Shown: piece by piece, positions 62,663 through 64,000 of the stretch | Layout: every line of letters begins with the position of its first letter | Numbering within the stretch: the first letter of the stretch is position 1 | From: Nitrospirota bacterium | Lineage (GTDB): Bacteria; Nitrospirota; UBA9217 | Assembly: GCA_963751455.1 (NCBI GenBank) | Contig: CAVVUN010000012.1 | Location: 416,001-480,000, forward strand | Reading direction: 5' to 3' | DNA length: 64,000 nucleotides | Notes under the pieces: model-generated | What the model was told of the DNA's origin: nothing | Database searches by the model: none | The model's input: only the letters and a program-made list of their open reading frames with translations | Position numbers and translations under genes: made by a program

Positions 62663-64000
62663 TTATGAGGCACGCTTCTGTTCTTCCTGTTTCCTCAACG
62701 CCAGGCTTGAAATATCCTCGAAAGCGCTCATGGCCGCGATGGATCCCTGGCCCACGGCGACAACGATCTGCTTCAGTCCGCCGGTGATGTCTCCTGCAGC
62801 ATACACGCGAGGCATCGACGTCCTCATGGTGGTCAGGTCCGTTTTGATATATCCTTCACCGGTCATTTCGAGCCCGAGAGCCTTTGCAATCTCGTTGTTC
62901 GGCACATAGCCGATTGCAACGAACACGCCGTCAACAGTCATTTCAGTGACGGCATGGGTCCTGATGTTCTCGATCCTGACGGCTTTAACCGTTTTTTCAC
63001 CGATTATTTCCTTCACTTCGCTGTTCCATAATACCGGGATCCCGGTTTCATCCAGGCTTTCACGCAGCTTAGCCTCGCAGCGAAGCGTATCCCGCCAGTG
63101 GACGATCGTAACATCTGCGCCCAGATTGTGAAGATAGAGCGCGTCTGTGACGGCAGTATTGCCCCCTCCAACCACAATTACCTTTTTTCGGTCCTTGAAA
63201 AAATAACCGTCACAGGTGGCGCAATAGCTTACTCCCCGTCCGTAAAGGCGGCGCTCGCCTGTGGCGCCCAGCGCCCTGTTGCCTACGCCGGTGGCTATCA
63301 TGATGCCCTTCGTGATGTAGACGCCCCGGTTCGTCTTTACGTGGAACTTTCCGTCTTCCTTCTTTGTCTCGATCTCTTTTACCTGTTCGCCAACATGAAT
63401 ATCAGCGTATTGGACCGCCTGTTGCGAGATCAGGTCTACGAGGCTCTTCCCCCCGATCCGCATATAGCCCGGATAGTTCTCGACGACGGGTGTGATGGCC
63501 ACCTGGCCGCCGATCACTTCGCGTTCAAGCAGGACCGTGGCAAGCCCGGCACGAACAGCATAGATGGCAGCGGTAAGCCCGGCCGGTCCGGCACCGAGTA
63601 TGACCAGGTCTTTTTCCACAGGCTCCTCGGAGATCTTTTCAGACACGTATTCAGGCTCTTTGAGCGTGAGAAGCGATTCAACGAAAAACTCCTCCGGTTG
63701 AAGCCCCATGCCTGTAAAAGTATTATTAATGAAGGTCTGTGGGACCGACAACGAACCCAGGCTCTCGGCCAGGTCCTGGTTCTCGTAGATTTCTACGATC
63801 TCGGCGGAAATGAGGTCGGGTTTTACGATTGCGGCGGAGAATGCCGTGAGCGCCTGTTGAGGGCAGTAAGGACACGTAGGACTCACAAAGACCTGTATGT
63901 CGCGCTTTTCCTTGAGACCGGCAATCCGTTCCATCGCCTGCGCTGTCAGAACGCTTTTCCCCGTGGATGCCATCATGATTGCGAGCAGCAGCGAGCGGCT
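62663..64000 (-). CDS. Thioredoxin-domain / thioredoxin reductase fusion (AhpF-like), 5' end outside the window
   Basis: CPYC thioredoxin fold; GAGPAGLTAA, CATCDG, GGGNTA, YAAGDI; frame open to the window edge. Confidence 0.9.
   Translation of the reverse strand, partial: SRSLLLAIMMASTGKSVLTAQAMERIAGLKEKRDIQVFVSPTCPYCPQQALTAFSAAIVKPDLISAEIVEIYENQDLAESLGSLSVPQTFINNTFTGMGLQPEEFFVESLLTLKEPEYVSEKISEEPVEKDLVILGAGPAGLTAAIYAVRAGLATVLLEREVIGGQVAITPVVENYPGYMRIGGKSLVDLISQQAVQYADIHVGEQVKEIETKKEDGKFHVKTNRGVYITKGIMIATGVGNRALGATGERRLYGRGVSYCATCDGYFFKDRKKVIVVGGGNTAVTDALYLHNLGADVTIVHWRDTLRCEAKLRESLDETGIPVLWNSEVKEIIGEKTVKAVRIENIRTHAVTEMTVDGVFVAIGYVPNNEIAKALGLEMTGEGYIKTDLTTMRTSMPRVYAAGDITGGLKQIVVAVGQGSIAAMSAFEDISSLALRKQEEQKRAS

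Overview
Bacterial chromosomal window of moderately high GC. The gene repertoire (multiheme cytochromes, CIRCE-controlled groESL, dockerin-tailed surface protein, split transketolase) suggests an anaerobic diderm, possibly Nitrospirota- or Desulfobacterota-like (inference only). A housekeeping core (groESL, ctpA-envC-ftsX-ftsE, transketolase, tRNA-Leu(CAA), lemA operon, trxB-like) alternates with accessory DNA. Highlights: (1) a ~14.8-kb frameshift-fragmented giant secreted protein with an N-terminal PI-PLC-like domain, delta-60 propellers, an Ig stalk and a C-terminal dockerin, followed by a cohesin-like lipoprotein, a candidate cellulosome-style surface display system; (2) a ~1540-aa lipoprotein ending in a DUF1566 domain with a DGR variable-region codon signature, with no RT or template repeat seen in the window; (3) a ~9.5-kb integrase-less island bounded by a duplicated lemA 3' end; (4) tRNA-Leu followed by structured repeats that re-create the tRNA 3' end, then a 5-kb zone of collapsed type I R-M and TA remnants with interleaved duplicated gene ends; (5) a family of periodic-arm inverted repeats, two carrying a related 41-44-nt nested insert. 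Frameshift clusters at 1.7-7 kb and 17.8-22.9 kb are probably consensus errors. All product calls come from motif recognition by eye; no database searches were run.
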